Assembly (NCBI GenBank): GCA_963666275.2 | Contig: CAXXOA010000001.1 | Location: 1,984,001-2,048,000 of the forward strand | Direction of reading: 5' to 3' | Source of the DNA: Oceanispirochaeta sp. | Lineage (GTDB): Bacteria > Spirochaetota > Spirochaetia > DSM-2461 | DNA length: 64,000 bases | In this document: in pieces, positions 39,753-49,366 of the stretch | How positions within the stretch are numbered: the first letter of the stretch is position 1 | Layout: each line of letters begins with the position of its first letter | Notes under the pieces: generated by a model | What the model saw: only the letters and a program-made list of their open reading frames with translations | Databases searched by the model: none | What the model was told of the DNA's origin: nothing | Program-made: the position numbers and the translations under genes

Positions 39753-40739
39753 TTATTCAGTAGCTGCATCAGCAGGAACTTCTTCTTCCTGATGCATTTT
39801 CTGGCTTTCCAGGTATCTGAGAACCTGAGCGTTACCGAGTCTTTTCAGCTCAGCGTTTCTTCTGGCTTCTTCTCTGTCAGAAAGGATATTCCATGTTGAT
39901 TCATGATCGATATCGGAATTGAGTTCATCAAGAACAGCCTGATCGTAAACCAGTGTAATGTCTTTGATGTAAGAGATGAAATCTCCACCTTCCTGCATGG
40001 CATCTCTATAGATATAAATACCGTCGAGAGTCAGTGAGGGCTGGCTTCTGGGATACAGAGGCGCTTTGCGGATTTCTCTGTTTCTTACTTCTGCAATGTA
40101 GTTGGGGTTTGTCCATTCCAGCTCTCTCCATCCGTCGAAATCGAGGTAGCTGAGGAAGATAGACTGTTTATTTTCGTTGGAATCACGGAAAATCAGACCC
40201 ATTCCCATGGGAAAGTTCATACCGTAAACACGAACTTTTACAGATTTGAGAACACCTACGTTTTTAACAACTCCGTAACCAGAGAACTGGTCGCCTCTTA
40301 CAGCATTCTCATCAACTGAGCTTGTTGCATATGCGGGAATTGAAAAAGGAGGCAGGATTGTAGCGTAAGCATTGAAGCTTGCTTCAGGAAAATGAACTCT
40401 GATACCCATGAGCTGATCACCTGCAGTCGCAAAGTTATTGACATCATTGTTAACGGGTACAGACAGAACGTAAGAGAGTGAATTATTCACTACAGTCTGA
40501 GAAGAAGAAGTCAGTTTTACTTCCCAGTTGGGGATGTAAAGTGAAGTCTGCATAGCAGCTTTTTCTTCATCAGTATACCGGGTACCGGCAACTGTACTGA
40601 AGTCCATTAAGGTGGCCTGGTTCTCTCCCTGATAGTCATCTACAAGGTCAGAAAAGTTAATCATAACTGTTTCTTCTGCAAATACTGAACCAGTCAGGGC
40701 AAACATAGCCAACAAAAAGAAAGTGAAGAACCGTTTCAT
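39753..40739 (-). CDS. flaA: Flagellar filament sheath protein FlaA
   Basis: Signal peptide; GYGVVKNVGVLKS, FDGWRELEWTNPNYI, PLYP. Confidence 0.93.
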   Translation of the reverse strand: MKRFFTFFLLAMFALTGSVFAEETVMINFSDLVDDYQGENQATLMDFSTVAGTRYTDEEKAAMQTSLYIPNWEVKLTSSSQTVVNNSLSYVLSVPVNNDVNNFATAGDQLMGIRVHFPEASFNAYATILPPFSIPAYATSSVDENAVRGDQFSGYGVVKNVGVLKSVKVRVYGMNFPMGMGLIFRDSNENKQSIFLSYLDFDGWRELEWTNPNYIAEVRNREIRKAPLYPRSQPSLTLDGIYIYRDAMQEGGDFISYIKDITLVYDQAVLDELNSDIDHESTWNILSDREEARRNAELKRLGNAQVLRYLESQKMHQEEEVPADAATE

Positions 40740-40784
40740 TCATAGCTCCTTTCGGTACAAATTCATATTTATTTATAAATCAAA

Positions 40785-40812
40785 ATTATACAGATGCCGA
40801 TAGGTTTGTCAA
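40785..40812 (-). promoter_or_regulatory. Consensus sigma70 promoter of flaA
   Basis: TTGACA-N16-TATAAT. Confidence 0.85.
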
Positions 40813-40850
40813 CGAATTAAAATTTTTTTTTAAATATTGAGCCTCTGGAA

Positions 40851-41324
40851 TTACGAATCCAGAGAAAAGAATGGTGATTCAGGGATCTGACCATTAATAG
40901 TTATCACTATGTCCCTGATGAATCTGTAATTCAAAAAAACAGTCTTTTTAACAAGTTCTATTCTTTCCTTAAACGGCAGAGTCAGACCGGACTCCTGATC
41001 AAAAAAAGCTTCGGAGAAATCAAGATAAAGCGTATTTCCATCAAGGATATAGGACTGTATCTTTGTACCGGCAGGAACAACTCTTTCAAACTCAAGGACT
41101 GACGGCCCCAGGAGCAGTTCCCGTACTGTATGGACAATGCGGTTCTCTTTGTCTCTGTATTTGGATATGAGACGCATTTCCGCATTAATTCCTTTACCGT
41201 TATCCAGAGGAAAAAGGAAAACCTGCCTTTGACTGATAAATCCAGTATTCGCCATAACCGCGGCTGTAATAAAAAATAGGAGTATCAGGGATGCGGGGAG
41301 AAATCTAAGAACTTTTTTTACCAC
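40851..41324 (-). CDS. GerMN domain protein
   Basis: ELLLGP...LYLDFS...VITING; follows the amidase gene. Confidence 0.75.
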   Translation of the reverse strand: MVKKVLRFLPASLILLFFITAAVMANTGFISQRQVFLFPLDNGKGINAEMRLISKYRDKENRIVHTVRELLLGPSVLEFERVVPAGTKIQSYILDGNTLYLDFSEAFFDQESGLTLPFKERIELVKKTVFLNYRFIRDIVITINGQIPESPFFSLDS

Positions 41325-41333
41325 TTTTTTCCT

Positions 41334-42350
41334 CTATTCTTCGAAAAAATTCACAAAATCTATGATGCCATTATAGATCCCTTCCGTCATTTTCTTCAAG
41401 TATGAGGGATCCCTGAGCCTCTCTGTTTCTTCTGAATTGGTTATAAATCCTGTTTCGATAAGAATGGAGGCCATCATGGCATTTCTGACGACAAACCAGG
41501 ATTCCTCTTTCAGTCCCCGGTTGGGTGTGTAGGAACTTATTTCCCGATTCATATTTTCTAGGATCGTTTCTGCCAGTTTTCTGCTCTCAAGGGTGAACTC
41601 CTCTTCCATGATGGTATTGAGTATGGGAAGAATCGCTTCATTGTCATCTGAATCATTCAGAACCTGTCTGCGAAAGGTTTCCGGAAGGTACCAGACCTCA
41701 AAACCGCTGGCATCCGGATTCAGACTGGCATTGGCATGGATGGAGATATACATGATCCCCTCCCCTTCCTCCAGAGTAAAATCATTGGCCTGCTTTACCC
41801 GGTTTTCAAGTGTCGGGTATATGTCCGTTCGCCGGGTCATCAGGATTTCCTTGCGGGGAAACTTCTTTTTAAGCATTTCCTCCAGCCTCAGGGAAACTTC
41901 CAGCACCAGATCCTTCTCTTTCAGTGGAAGTTCAATACCATCCACAGGGAAACGGCTGAAAGCTCCGGAATCTCTCCCGCCATGTCCGGGATCTATCAGG
42001 ATTCCCGCTATTCTGTAGGATCCTGCCGTATCAGAAGAGACAGGTTTTTCCAGTAGATGGGATTTTATGATAGAAGCCGCCTCTTCAGAAAAGGTGACTC
42101 TGTTGTTGGAATAGACAATAGATCCGGATGAAACAGTCTGATTATGATCAAGGATCATAAGGGGGTATTCTGTTGAGAAAACAACACTCCGGGATCCTCT
42201 GATCAGAATTCCCTTTTTCATGAGAGGATCCCAGAGACATCGGCTGTCAGTCTGATCCATAAGCGTCTCCAGACTGATAGGCTCTGAATAGAGAATAGAA
42301 ACGAGGAATAGAAAAATGGAAAGAACGGCTCTACTCTTCATTCTCTGCAC
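41334..42350 (-). CDS. N-acetylmuramoyl-L-alanine amidase (Amidase_3)
   Basis: IDPGHGGRDSGA, EKD, SIHANA, LIETGFITN. Confidence 0.92.
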   Translation of the reverse strand: MQRMKSRAVLSIFLFLVSILYSEPISLETLMDQTDSRCLWDPLMKKGILIRGSRSVVFSTEYPLMILDHNQTVSSGSIVYSNNRVTFSEEAASIIKSHLLEKPVSSDTAGSYRIAGILIDPGHGGRDSGAFSRFPVDGIELPLKEKDLVLEVSLRLEEMLKKKFPRKEILMTRRTDIYPTLENRVKQANDFTLEEGEGIMYISIHANASLNPDASGFEVWYLPETFRRQVLNDSDDNEAILPILNTIMEEEFTLESRKLAETILENMNREISSYTPNRGLKEESWFVVRNAMMASILIETGFITNSEETERLRDPSYLKKMTEGIYNGIIDFVNFFEE

Positions 42351-43887
42351 AGAACCAGAGGGCTCCCTGAATACCTCCCCTCAGAAGTGTATGCCAGAAA
42401 TGCCGGGCGAAAAGGGTCCACTCGGCTTTTTCGGATAGTTCTATCCCCGCTGTTTCCGCCACCTCATTCAAAGCATCTCCCAGGGAAATGCCATGCCAGT
42501 CTTTCAGGGCGACCAGTTCCGATGTGACAATGCCGGGAACCGGATGGACTGCGTATTTCATCTGGAAGTCCGGCTGGAATCCTTCCAGTTTGTTCAGACC
42601 GGCCGATTCCCGGAGACTGATGCTGTAGGCGGAAGGTGGAAATGCCGTATCCAGTGGCTGCTCGAGAAAATCCCTTGTCAGAGGATTATTTTTTTCAAGG
42701 AGGATGCGTATGGTGGAGACAGCTTTTTCCGTAGCCGAAAGCGCTTCCTCTCTGGTCTCCCCCAGAGCAATAACATTTCCGCATTTGCCTATATTGTTCA
42801 CTGGAAATGTGATTTCATCACCTTCTTCCACCCTGAGGAAAATATCTTTGACAGCCCTGATATTATGGGCTTCCTCCAGGAAACGGATATTCCTGATCAC
42901 ACCCGGAATGGAAATGAAAGCTCTCTCGGAAGACGTTTTACTGCTGAGTTCCTCCAGACTTCCCGGGTCCATTCCCAGTGCAATCCTCATACCCTTCTCG
43001 ACCAGAGGGACCCCGGATGCATAGGGATAGGTCCATCCTGACATATAACCTCCCGAGAGTCTGGCAGCGATTTCACCGATCATGACCCCGCGGGATGTAA
43101 GCTTGATATCTCCTTTGGCAGCACCATTATCAATGCCCAGAACTTTCACGGCCTTGGAAAAAATATCCAGGATCTCTTTTTTCCGGGTCTCTGGCAGATT
43201 TGTAGGCAGTGTATGTCCCATCTCAATAAAGCAGGGGGGGAAGAAAATATGTCTGTCCGCAAAACCTGTGACTGTCAGATGTCCCTGATAGACAAGACTG
43301 TCTATACTGAACTCAGGGCCATCCATATACTCTTCAACAATTGCCCTTTCGGTGCGGGAGAAGCCAATGGCTTCCTGAACGGATTTTTCCAGAGAAATTT
43401 TATCTTCCGCCGTAATAACACCCCGGCCTCCCATATTGTCTACAGGTTTCACCACAAGGGGGAATGTCATTTCCGAAAGGAGCTGGCCCAGATCTGTATC
43501 CCCGTCCACTTCCCAGAAAGCGGGACAGGGAATCCCTCCTGACTGGAGTTTCAGTCTCATTCGATACTTGTCAGTGCAGTCCAGGGCCGTCTGATAGGGT
43601 ATGCCCGGAAGATTCAGTTCCTGGGCAATCCAGGCGACAGTGGAGGAAAAATCCGTACCGCAGGTAAAAACTCCGTCCAGACCGATAGTATCCCGATACT
43701 CCGCAGCTGCTTCCGCCAGACCGATTCGATCTTTCAGGTCTACAGGAAGAAAGTAATCTGCTTTATTTTTACAGGGAGCCTGCGGATTCCCATCGACTCC
43801 GATTGATGTCCATCCGTTTCTTCTGGCAGCGGCATAGGCGGGATACTGCATCAGTCCCGCTCCGAGAATCATAATTGTTTTACTCAT
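42331..43887 (-). CDS. ATP-grasp domain ligase
   Basis: ILGAG, DKYRMR, VVKPVDNMGGRGV, VEEYMDGPEFS, GEIAARLSGG; probable start ATG 43887. Confidence 0.85.
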   Translation of the reverse strand: MSKTIMILGAGLMQYPAYAAARRNGWTSIGVDGNPQAPCKNKADYFLPVDLKDRIGLAEAAAEYRDTIGLDGVFTCGTDFSSTVAWIAQELNLPGIPYQTALDCTDKYRMRLKLQSGGIPCPAFWEVDGDTDLGQLLSEMTFPLVVKPVDNMGGRGVITAEDKISLEKSVQEAIGFSRTERAIVEEYMDGPEFSIDSLVYQGHLTVTGFADRHIFFPPCFIEMGHTLPTNLPETRKKEILDIFSKAVKVLGIDNGAAKGDIKLTSRGVMIGEIAARLSGGYMSGWTYPYASGVPLVEKGMRIALGMDPGSLEELSSKTSSERAFISIPGVIRNIRFLEEAHNIRAVKDIFLRVEEGDEITFPVNNIGKCGNVIALGETREEALSATEKAVSTIRILLEKNNPLTRDFLEQPLDTAFPPSAYSISLRESAGLNKLEGFQPDFQMKYAVHPVPGIVTSELVALKDWHGISLGDALNEVAETAGIELSEKAEWTLFARHFWHTLLRGGIQGALWFCAENEE

Positions 43888-43888
43888 T

Positions 43889-45667
43889 TTAACCCTTTTT
43901 CCGGCAGTATATTTCAAATGTATCACCCAGTTTGAAAATTTTACAGATCCATAGGAGAACAGTTTTATTCAGAATTTTACGAAACGGGAGTTTGAAGGGG
44001 ATTCGTTCCGGATGGTATCCGGTTACATGAAACTGTATGTAATGGAAACCGAAATGTTTAAGAATATTTGAAGCGGATTTCCGGTCCCAGACAGTGAAAT
44101 GGTCATCCGGACTTTTCTGGAGGAAATCCTTCCTGTTCAATACCCCGGAGATGCCTTTTCCATTGGGAGTGGAAAAAGCAAGAACACCTCCGGGCGGGAG
44201 GAGCTCGGAGATTCTCTGCAGAACCCTTCCGGTTTCTTTAAAATGTTCCATAACATACCAGAGAGTGACAGCATCAAAGGATTTCCGACCGAAATTGGCA
44301 TGAGGATCGAGATCCTCAAGTGAAACGGCCCGGGCTGCAATCCCCTCCAGATGCTCTGTTATATACCTGATCCCCTCCTCTGCCACATCGATCCCGTAGC
44401 AGTCCAGACCGTTCTCTTTTGCCGCCTGAAGGAACGGCCCGAAGGCGCAGCCTACATCGAGGATGGAATGAACCTCACTGTTCAGACGCTGAATTCGTTT
44501 CAAACGATCTGTTCCGGAAGATTTGATATGAGCAAAATCCTCCAGATAGGTTTTCCCATACTGTTTTCTGTAATCTTCGAAAAAATAGGAAGCCTGATAT
44601 ATATCATTCTTCTGCTGAAAATTCAGCATGTAATCGATCCGGCAGTTCCGGTTTTCACAGTGAAAATAGGATTTATGCCTGTACCTTCCGATAACCGGAT
44701 TATTAACGGAACCGCAGACAGGACAGAGATTCGGCATGGGGGTCAGACTGAGGACCCAGTCATAAAAGGGCACGGTTTGGGCATTAAATTTTTCAAATAG
44801 CCCTTTCCAGGTGGAAAAAAGATCGTTATGTTCCAGTCGGCGTTTTATCTTTTTCAGAAGAATCTGGGGTTGTTCTCTCCAGCTGCCCGGGAGGAAGGGA
44901 AAACCTGCATTCTCCGATAACTGATCATGATACTCCGATGGGTTTACAAGAAGGACAGGCCTTCCTGTGAAAACCCCCTCAAAGGCTGTTAATCCGAAGG
45001 ATGTAATAATCAGATCATAGGCGGGCAAGAGAGGTTTCAGATCGATCTGATCCTTCAGGAGATTGACCCCCGGAAGGGTCTCGTACTGTTTCAGGGAAGA
45101 ATGAAAAAAAGGTCCTTCAATAAAAGTCCATTCAATGCCTGTTGGTTTTGATTTCTTCAAACCTTCAAGGAGTTTTTCACTCAATCTCCCCGGATCCTCC
45201 CCGCCGAAACTGACAAGGATCTTCAGCCCCATAGCCATTCTGAGATGTTCATGATCCGGCCTGGGAAGGTCCAGAAACATCAGTCCCGTCATATTGGATG
45301 ACTGGTTATCAAGATCCGGGAGGATGGTGATCCTATAGGGAGCCGTATTTTTTACAGGACCGGCTTCGTCGACGGCAATGAGAGGAAGCTTCTTCAGATT
45401 TTCGGGAAGATAGTCGGACGTTGTATTTCTGTTATCCAGAATAACAAGATCCCAGTCATTCCCCGGATCCTCTGTAATTTTCACAGCTCCGGGACAGTTC
45501 TCCAGAAGTTCATCAATATGAGAATCGGGAAAATACTTTTCTCCCCGGGGCAGATAAAAATTCCGGGAGGAAAAGAGCAGACTCCATTGTATTGTTCTTT
45601 TCAGGTGCCCTGTTCCATTTCCCTTTAATACGGAGGGAACAAAAAGCACTCTATTTTTTCTTATCAT
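43889..45667 (-). CDS. PseG/SpsG-like GT-B domain fused to a zinc finger and class I SAM methyltransferase
   Basis: GNGTGHLKR, VSFGGEDP; CPVC...C..C; ILDVGCAFG, WYVMEH. Confidence 0.75.
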   Translation of the reverse strand: MIRKNRVLFVPSVLKGNGTGHLKRTIQWSLLFSSRNFYLPRGEKYFPDSHIDELLENCPGAVKITEDPGNDWDLVILDNRNTTSDYLPENLKKLPLIAVDEAGPVKNTAPYRITILPDLDNQSSNMTGLMFLDLPRPDHEHLRMAMGLKILVSFGGEDPGRLSEKLLEGLKKSKPTGIEWTFIEGPFFHSSLKQYETLPGVNLLKDQIDLKPLLPAYDLIITSFGLTAFEGVFTGRPVLLVNPSEYHDQLSENAGFPFLPGSWREQPQILLKKIKRRLEHNDLFSTWKGLFEKFNAQTVPFYDWVLSLTPMPNLCPVCGSVNNPVIGRYRHKSYFHCENRNCRIDYMLNFQQKNDIYQASYFFEDYRKQYGKTYLEDFAHIKSSGTDRLKRIQRLNSEVHSILDVGCAFGPFLQAAKENGLDCYGIDVAEEGIRYITEHLEGIAARAVSLEDLDPHANFGRKSFDAVTLWYVMEHFKETGRVLQRISELLPPGGVLAFSTPNGKGISGVLNRKDFLQKSPDDHFTVWDRKSASNILKHFGFHYIQFHVTGYHPERIPFKLPFRKILNKTVLLWICKIFKLGDTFEIYCRKKG

Positions 45668-46346
45668 CTGATTTTAAATATTGTACCAGCTCAGTGATCT
45701 GAATTGGTGCGTTTCTGTAAAGATCTTTAAATATTCTGGTAAGGTTATGGAAATCTTCCGGGGTGTCAAGGGTCACCCGGCTGTTATCCCTCATATTATC
45801 CGGAGCCTCGAAATATTTTAAAATGTGTTGATCCGGATGATTATAGATAAAGGGAGTAACATGCTCATGATCATAGGGATCATCTGAAACTTCTGCCGCT
45901 TCTATCAGATTTTTAAAACGGAAGACCTCTACTCCGCTGCCATAGGGGAGTCCTTTCATGGCTGTATAATCCCATTCAGGATGCTGTTTCATTTCATTCA
46001 GCAGATAGGAAGCCGGTTCATAGGCAACCAGAGGGTTGTCCCCTGTAGCTCTTATTATTATATCAGGCTGATAGATTTCACCGGCTCTGACGAACCTTCC
46101 CAAAACATCATCTCTAGATCCCGCAAATATCTTAAAGCCGTTTTTTTCTGCAATCTCACGAAAAAACTCTTCATCTCCCAGAGCCGTGACAAGGACATGA
46201 GTGTCGGCGGAAACCATTTTCAACGCCCTCATGGCATGTTCAATGACAGTTTTACCCTCCAGTAGATTCAGAGCCTTTCGGGGCAGACGGGAAGAATCGA
46301 TTCTGACCTGGAGAAATACAGCACTTTTCAATCTTCCATCTCCCAT
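45651..46346 (-). CDS. SpsF-like acylneuraminate-type cytidylyltransferase
   Basis: QVRIDSSRLPRKAL, GSRDDVLGRF, RATGDNP, EHVTPFI, TLDTPED. Confidence 0.85.
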   Translation of the reverse strand: MGDGRLKSAVFLQVRIDSSRLPRKALNLLEGKTVIEHAMRALKMVSADTHVLVTALGDEEFFREIAEKNGFKIFAGSRDDVLGRFVRAGEIYQPDIIIRATGDNPLVAYEPASYLLNEMKQHPEWDYTAMKGLPYGSGVEVFRFKNLIEAAEVSDDPYDHEHVTPFIYNHPDQHILKYFEAPDNMRDNSRVTLDTPEDFHNLTRIFKDLYRNAPIQITELVQYLKSDDKKK

Positions 46347-47293
46347 AATTCTGTCAGGTTGAAAGTATCGGTTTTAAACCGGAGGCTGTTCTCTCTTACC
46401 CAGTTGCGGATCTCCCTGAAATACCTGTAATTGAAAAAGATATTGCTGCCCGACTGGAGGGCATAATGGAAAAATCTTGAAAACGGGAGAGTACAGGAAT
46501 CACCGTTGAATTTGAGGGAGAGGTTTTTCAGAAAAAATCTTGTATAGTCGGCATCTCTTGTCGTATTTTCCCTGGGGATCTCCGACTGATACTTCAGTTT
46601 GATATTGGTTACGGTCTCGATGGACTCCCCCCATAGAAAAGCCCGTAAACCGAAATCCAGTTTCTGCCAGTAGGGATTATGAAAACTCGTATCGAATCCT
46701 TCTGAAAGGGTAAATTTCTTTTTATTATAAATTCCGCAGTAATCAAAAGGATAGAGGGTGGGCATTTTATTTCCGGCTGTATTCAAAGGAAAAATATCAA
46801 GCTTTTTTCTTGTAAAAGCGGGTGCAAACCTTGTGGGAATGGTTTCGAGGCTCGAGTTCATAAGGAGCGGAACACGGCAGAGGAACTCACCTTCCAGGGC
46901 GGCTTTGAATATTCTGTCAGCCTGACTTTTTATCTGAAGATCCATATCATTCCAGAACACCAGGAAATGCGATCCTCCGCAGATTTTAGCAGCTATATTG
47001 ATCCTTTCACCAATGCTGATTTTGTCGGAAACGGTCAGGAATTTGACGGTTTCATACCGGGAAGCCAGATTCTCCATTTCAAATATTTTTTTTGAGGTTT
47101 CCACAGAAATGATCTCTTTCAGCCGGAGATCATAAAGCTGGCCTAACAGCCTGGCTTTAAAGGGTTTTCCCCCGCGGTTGAGAATGATGACAGAAATTCC
47201 CTCAAAAGGAGGGATTTCCCTGCGGCTACCGGAAACAATCGTATAGGGAGCTTTATCTGCCGGTTCAAAAGTTATAGGTGTAGTATTCATCAC
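46328..47293 (-). CDS. Glycosyltransferase family 2-like protein
   Basis: ISVIIL, GERIN, GFD..F.NPYWQ.LDFGLRA; operon context. Confidence 0.55.
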   Translation of the reverse strand: MMNTTPITFEPADKAPYTIVSGSRREIPPFEGISVIILNRGGKPFKARLLGQLYDLRLKEIISVETSKKIFEMENLASRYETVKFLTVSDKISIGERINIAAKICGGSHFLVFWNDMDLQIKSQADRIFKAALEGEFLCRVPLLMNSSLETIPTRFAPAFTRKKLDIFPLNTAGNKMPTLYPFDYCGIYNKKKFTLSEGFDTSFHNPYWQKLDFGLRAFLWGESIETVTNIKLKYQSEIPRENTTRDADYTRFFLKNLSLKFNGDSCTLPFSRFFHYALQSGSNIFFNYRYFREIRNWVRENSLRFKTDTFNLTELWEMED

Positions 47294-48773
47294 AGCGGCT
47301 GCAGATCCCCTTGTAATCGGAATTCAGATGGTTGTCAAATACTGACTCTGCCGAGTCCCAGATTTCCTGAAGACTCTTTTGAAAAACATTTCCCAGAATG
47401 TTTTTCTTTTCAACATCTTCGCGGCATAATACAACAGAACCATCCGTAAGAACAGACATCTCCCGTTTCAGATGCCAGCAGGGAAACCTGTTTACAGGAG
47501 AGAGGTCTGTAACTTTTCTCTGGTCAAGGAAAAGGCTGAAATGGTCGTATTTCTGAATGATCACATTTTCAGTTTTCTCTTTCCAGCTTCTGAAAAACAG
47601 TTCTAGATCCTCTTCATTTTCATTCATGCGGACAGCCTGAATCCATGTATGGTCTCTGTTGAGTTTCATAAAAGATTCAATTGTTTTCAATACGGTCTCC
47701 CGCCCCTCTCCTCTGAGAGTTTTGTAGAGCTCGGGATTGATGGAATCCAGAGAGAAAATCCAGTCGATCCTTTCAGACTGGATAAGATCCACTCTGCTGT
47801 CCAGAAGACCGCTCCAACCCAGACCTGATGTTTCCAGAACAATCCTGAGAGTTGTTTCTGCGAGGATTCCCTCCAGAATCCGGGCAATCCCGGGATGGGC
47901 GGAAGGATCACCCCATAGGGAGAGAGAGATCCGGCAGCCGGGAGAGAAGCTGTCTATCCTGCGGGCAAGGTCAAGAACCTGCTCTGCAGGCATGTGGATT
48001 TCCGATTCCCTGTGATGGGGAACCATTTTCGGGTAGGGGCAGTAGGAACAGCTCTGCCAGCACTTTTCTACAATCTGAATCTGTATATACGAAGGAAGGG
48101 TCCTTGTAAATTTTTCTATGGAATCATTCATGGCAAGGATGGACTGCGCGTCTTTTCCACCGGCCCTGATTATCTTTTCAAGCTGCATCGTATTCATCTG
48201 AGTATCAGTACTCAGGGAGATCCTTTTCAGACGCATATCCACGGAGGAGATTTCTGTTTCGATATCAAAGGCATTGATATCTTTCTGAAGGATTTTGAAA
48301 AGCGAATCCCGGCAGACAGGACCGTGACTGCCTTCTGCCAGAGGAATTAACTGGGTCAGGCAGTTCCGGTTCAGGATCTCCGGCGTCAGTCCGTAGGGAT
48401 AGCCGTCGGCAAAAGTATAATCTGCAAAATATCTGTAATGGTTTTCAGTCATACGGGCTGTGAGATTCCTGTCCAGAAGAGGAGTATCCCCAAAAAAATA
48501 AAAACAGTGATCAAAGCCCTCACAGGCATCGGAGAGTTTGAGTACAAGATCCTTTTCAGAATTTTCATCCAGCAGGATGTACTCTTCGGGTAACTTATTG
48601 TCATAAAACAGTTTTATCTGGTCAATTGACAGGGCCACGGGTATAATTCTTTCTATATCTTTCAGACTGTCTGCATAATCCAGCACAGCCCGGGAGACTG
48701 TTGTATCCTCAAAAATCCGATTGCGGCAGGTATCGGTAATATGTATCAGGTTTATGAAAGCTATATTCCTCAT
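47265..48773 (-). CDS. Spiro-SPASM protein (cytidylyltransferase-like + radical SAM + SPASM)
   Basis: YTFADGYPYG in the N-domain; intact CWQSCSYC; SPASM CWHL...C..D...GN...CSRC. Confidence 0.88.
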   Translation of the reverse strand: MRNIAFINLIHITDTCRNRIFEDTTVSRAVLDYADSLKDIERIIPVALSIDQIKLFYDNKLPEEYILLDENSEKDLVLKLSDACEGFDHCFYFFGDTPLLDRNLTARMTENHYRYFADYTFADGYPYGLTPEILNRNCLTQLIPLAEGSHGPVCRDSLFKILQKDINAFDIETEISSVDMRLKRISLSTDTQMNTMQLEKIIRAGGKDAQSILAMNDSIEKFTRTLPSYIQIQIVEKCWQSCSYCPYPKMVPHHRESEIHMPAEQVLDLARRIDSFSPGCRISLSLWGDPSAHPGIARILEGILAETTLRIVLETSGLGWSGLLDSRVDLIQSERIDWIFSLDSINPELYKTLRGEGRETVLKTIESFMKLNRDHTWIQAVRMNENEEDLELFFRSWKEKTENVIIQKYDHFSLFLDQRKVTDLSPVNRFPCWHLKREMSVLTDGSVVLCREDVEKKNILGNVFQKSLQEIWDSAESVFDNHLNSDYKGICSRCDEYYTYNF

Positions 48774-48841
48774 ATTAATCTGTTATCGTCATTATTTTCC
48801 CTTTTAGTGAGGGAAACATCATTTCAGGAGACATTAAAAAG

Positions 48842-49330
48842 GTGAAAATCCGGCATGTCTATTCAATACTCGGTCTCTTCCTCATTTTAAGCAGCTGCAA
48901 GGTCACTCCTCTGAAAGATTCACAGACCATAGAAGCCTATCTGAATGGGCAGGGCTATGACTATTCTGTGGATGCGGAAGGAGACTTTAAAGTAAAAATT
49001 GTACTCAGAGACAATCAGACTTCCACGGTATGGATCAGAAAAGATCTGAATTACTCGGGAGACCAGGCTGTGAGAGAAATTTTTTCCGTGGGAGCCTATT
49101 TATCGGAAGAGGAATCCGACTATCTGGCGGGATATCTCCTGCAGGATAATTTTCATACAAGAGTGATGGGCAGCTGGGCCTACATAAGTAATCCTGAAGA
49201 GCAGCAGATCCTTGTGATGTATCTTGTCAAACTCCCCCAGCAGGCGGAGCCCTCCTTTGTGGAGGAAGCTCTGAGAGAAGCCGCTTTTGCCGCCAATGTG
49301 ATGGAAAGCGTCGTCCATAGAGAGGATTGA
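48842..49330 (+). CDS. Hypothetical lipoprotein (possible YbjN-like fold)
   Basis: LILSSC lipobox; Y.VD.EGDF...REIFS...LL.DN...GSW pattern. Confidence 0.6.
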   Translation: MKIRHVYSILGLFLILSSCKVTPLKDSQTIEAYLNGQGYDYSVDAEGDFKVKIVLRDNQTSTVWIRKDLNYSGDQAVREIFSVGAYLSEEESDYLAGYLLQDNFHTRVMGSWAYISNPEEQQILVMYLVKLPQQAEPSFVEEALREAAFAANVMESVVHRED

Positions 49331-49366
49331 TGATCCCGGAGCTCTCAGGGTATTATGCTTTCATTC

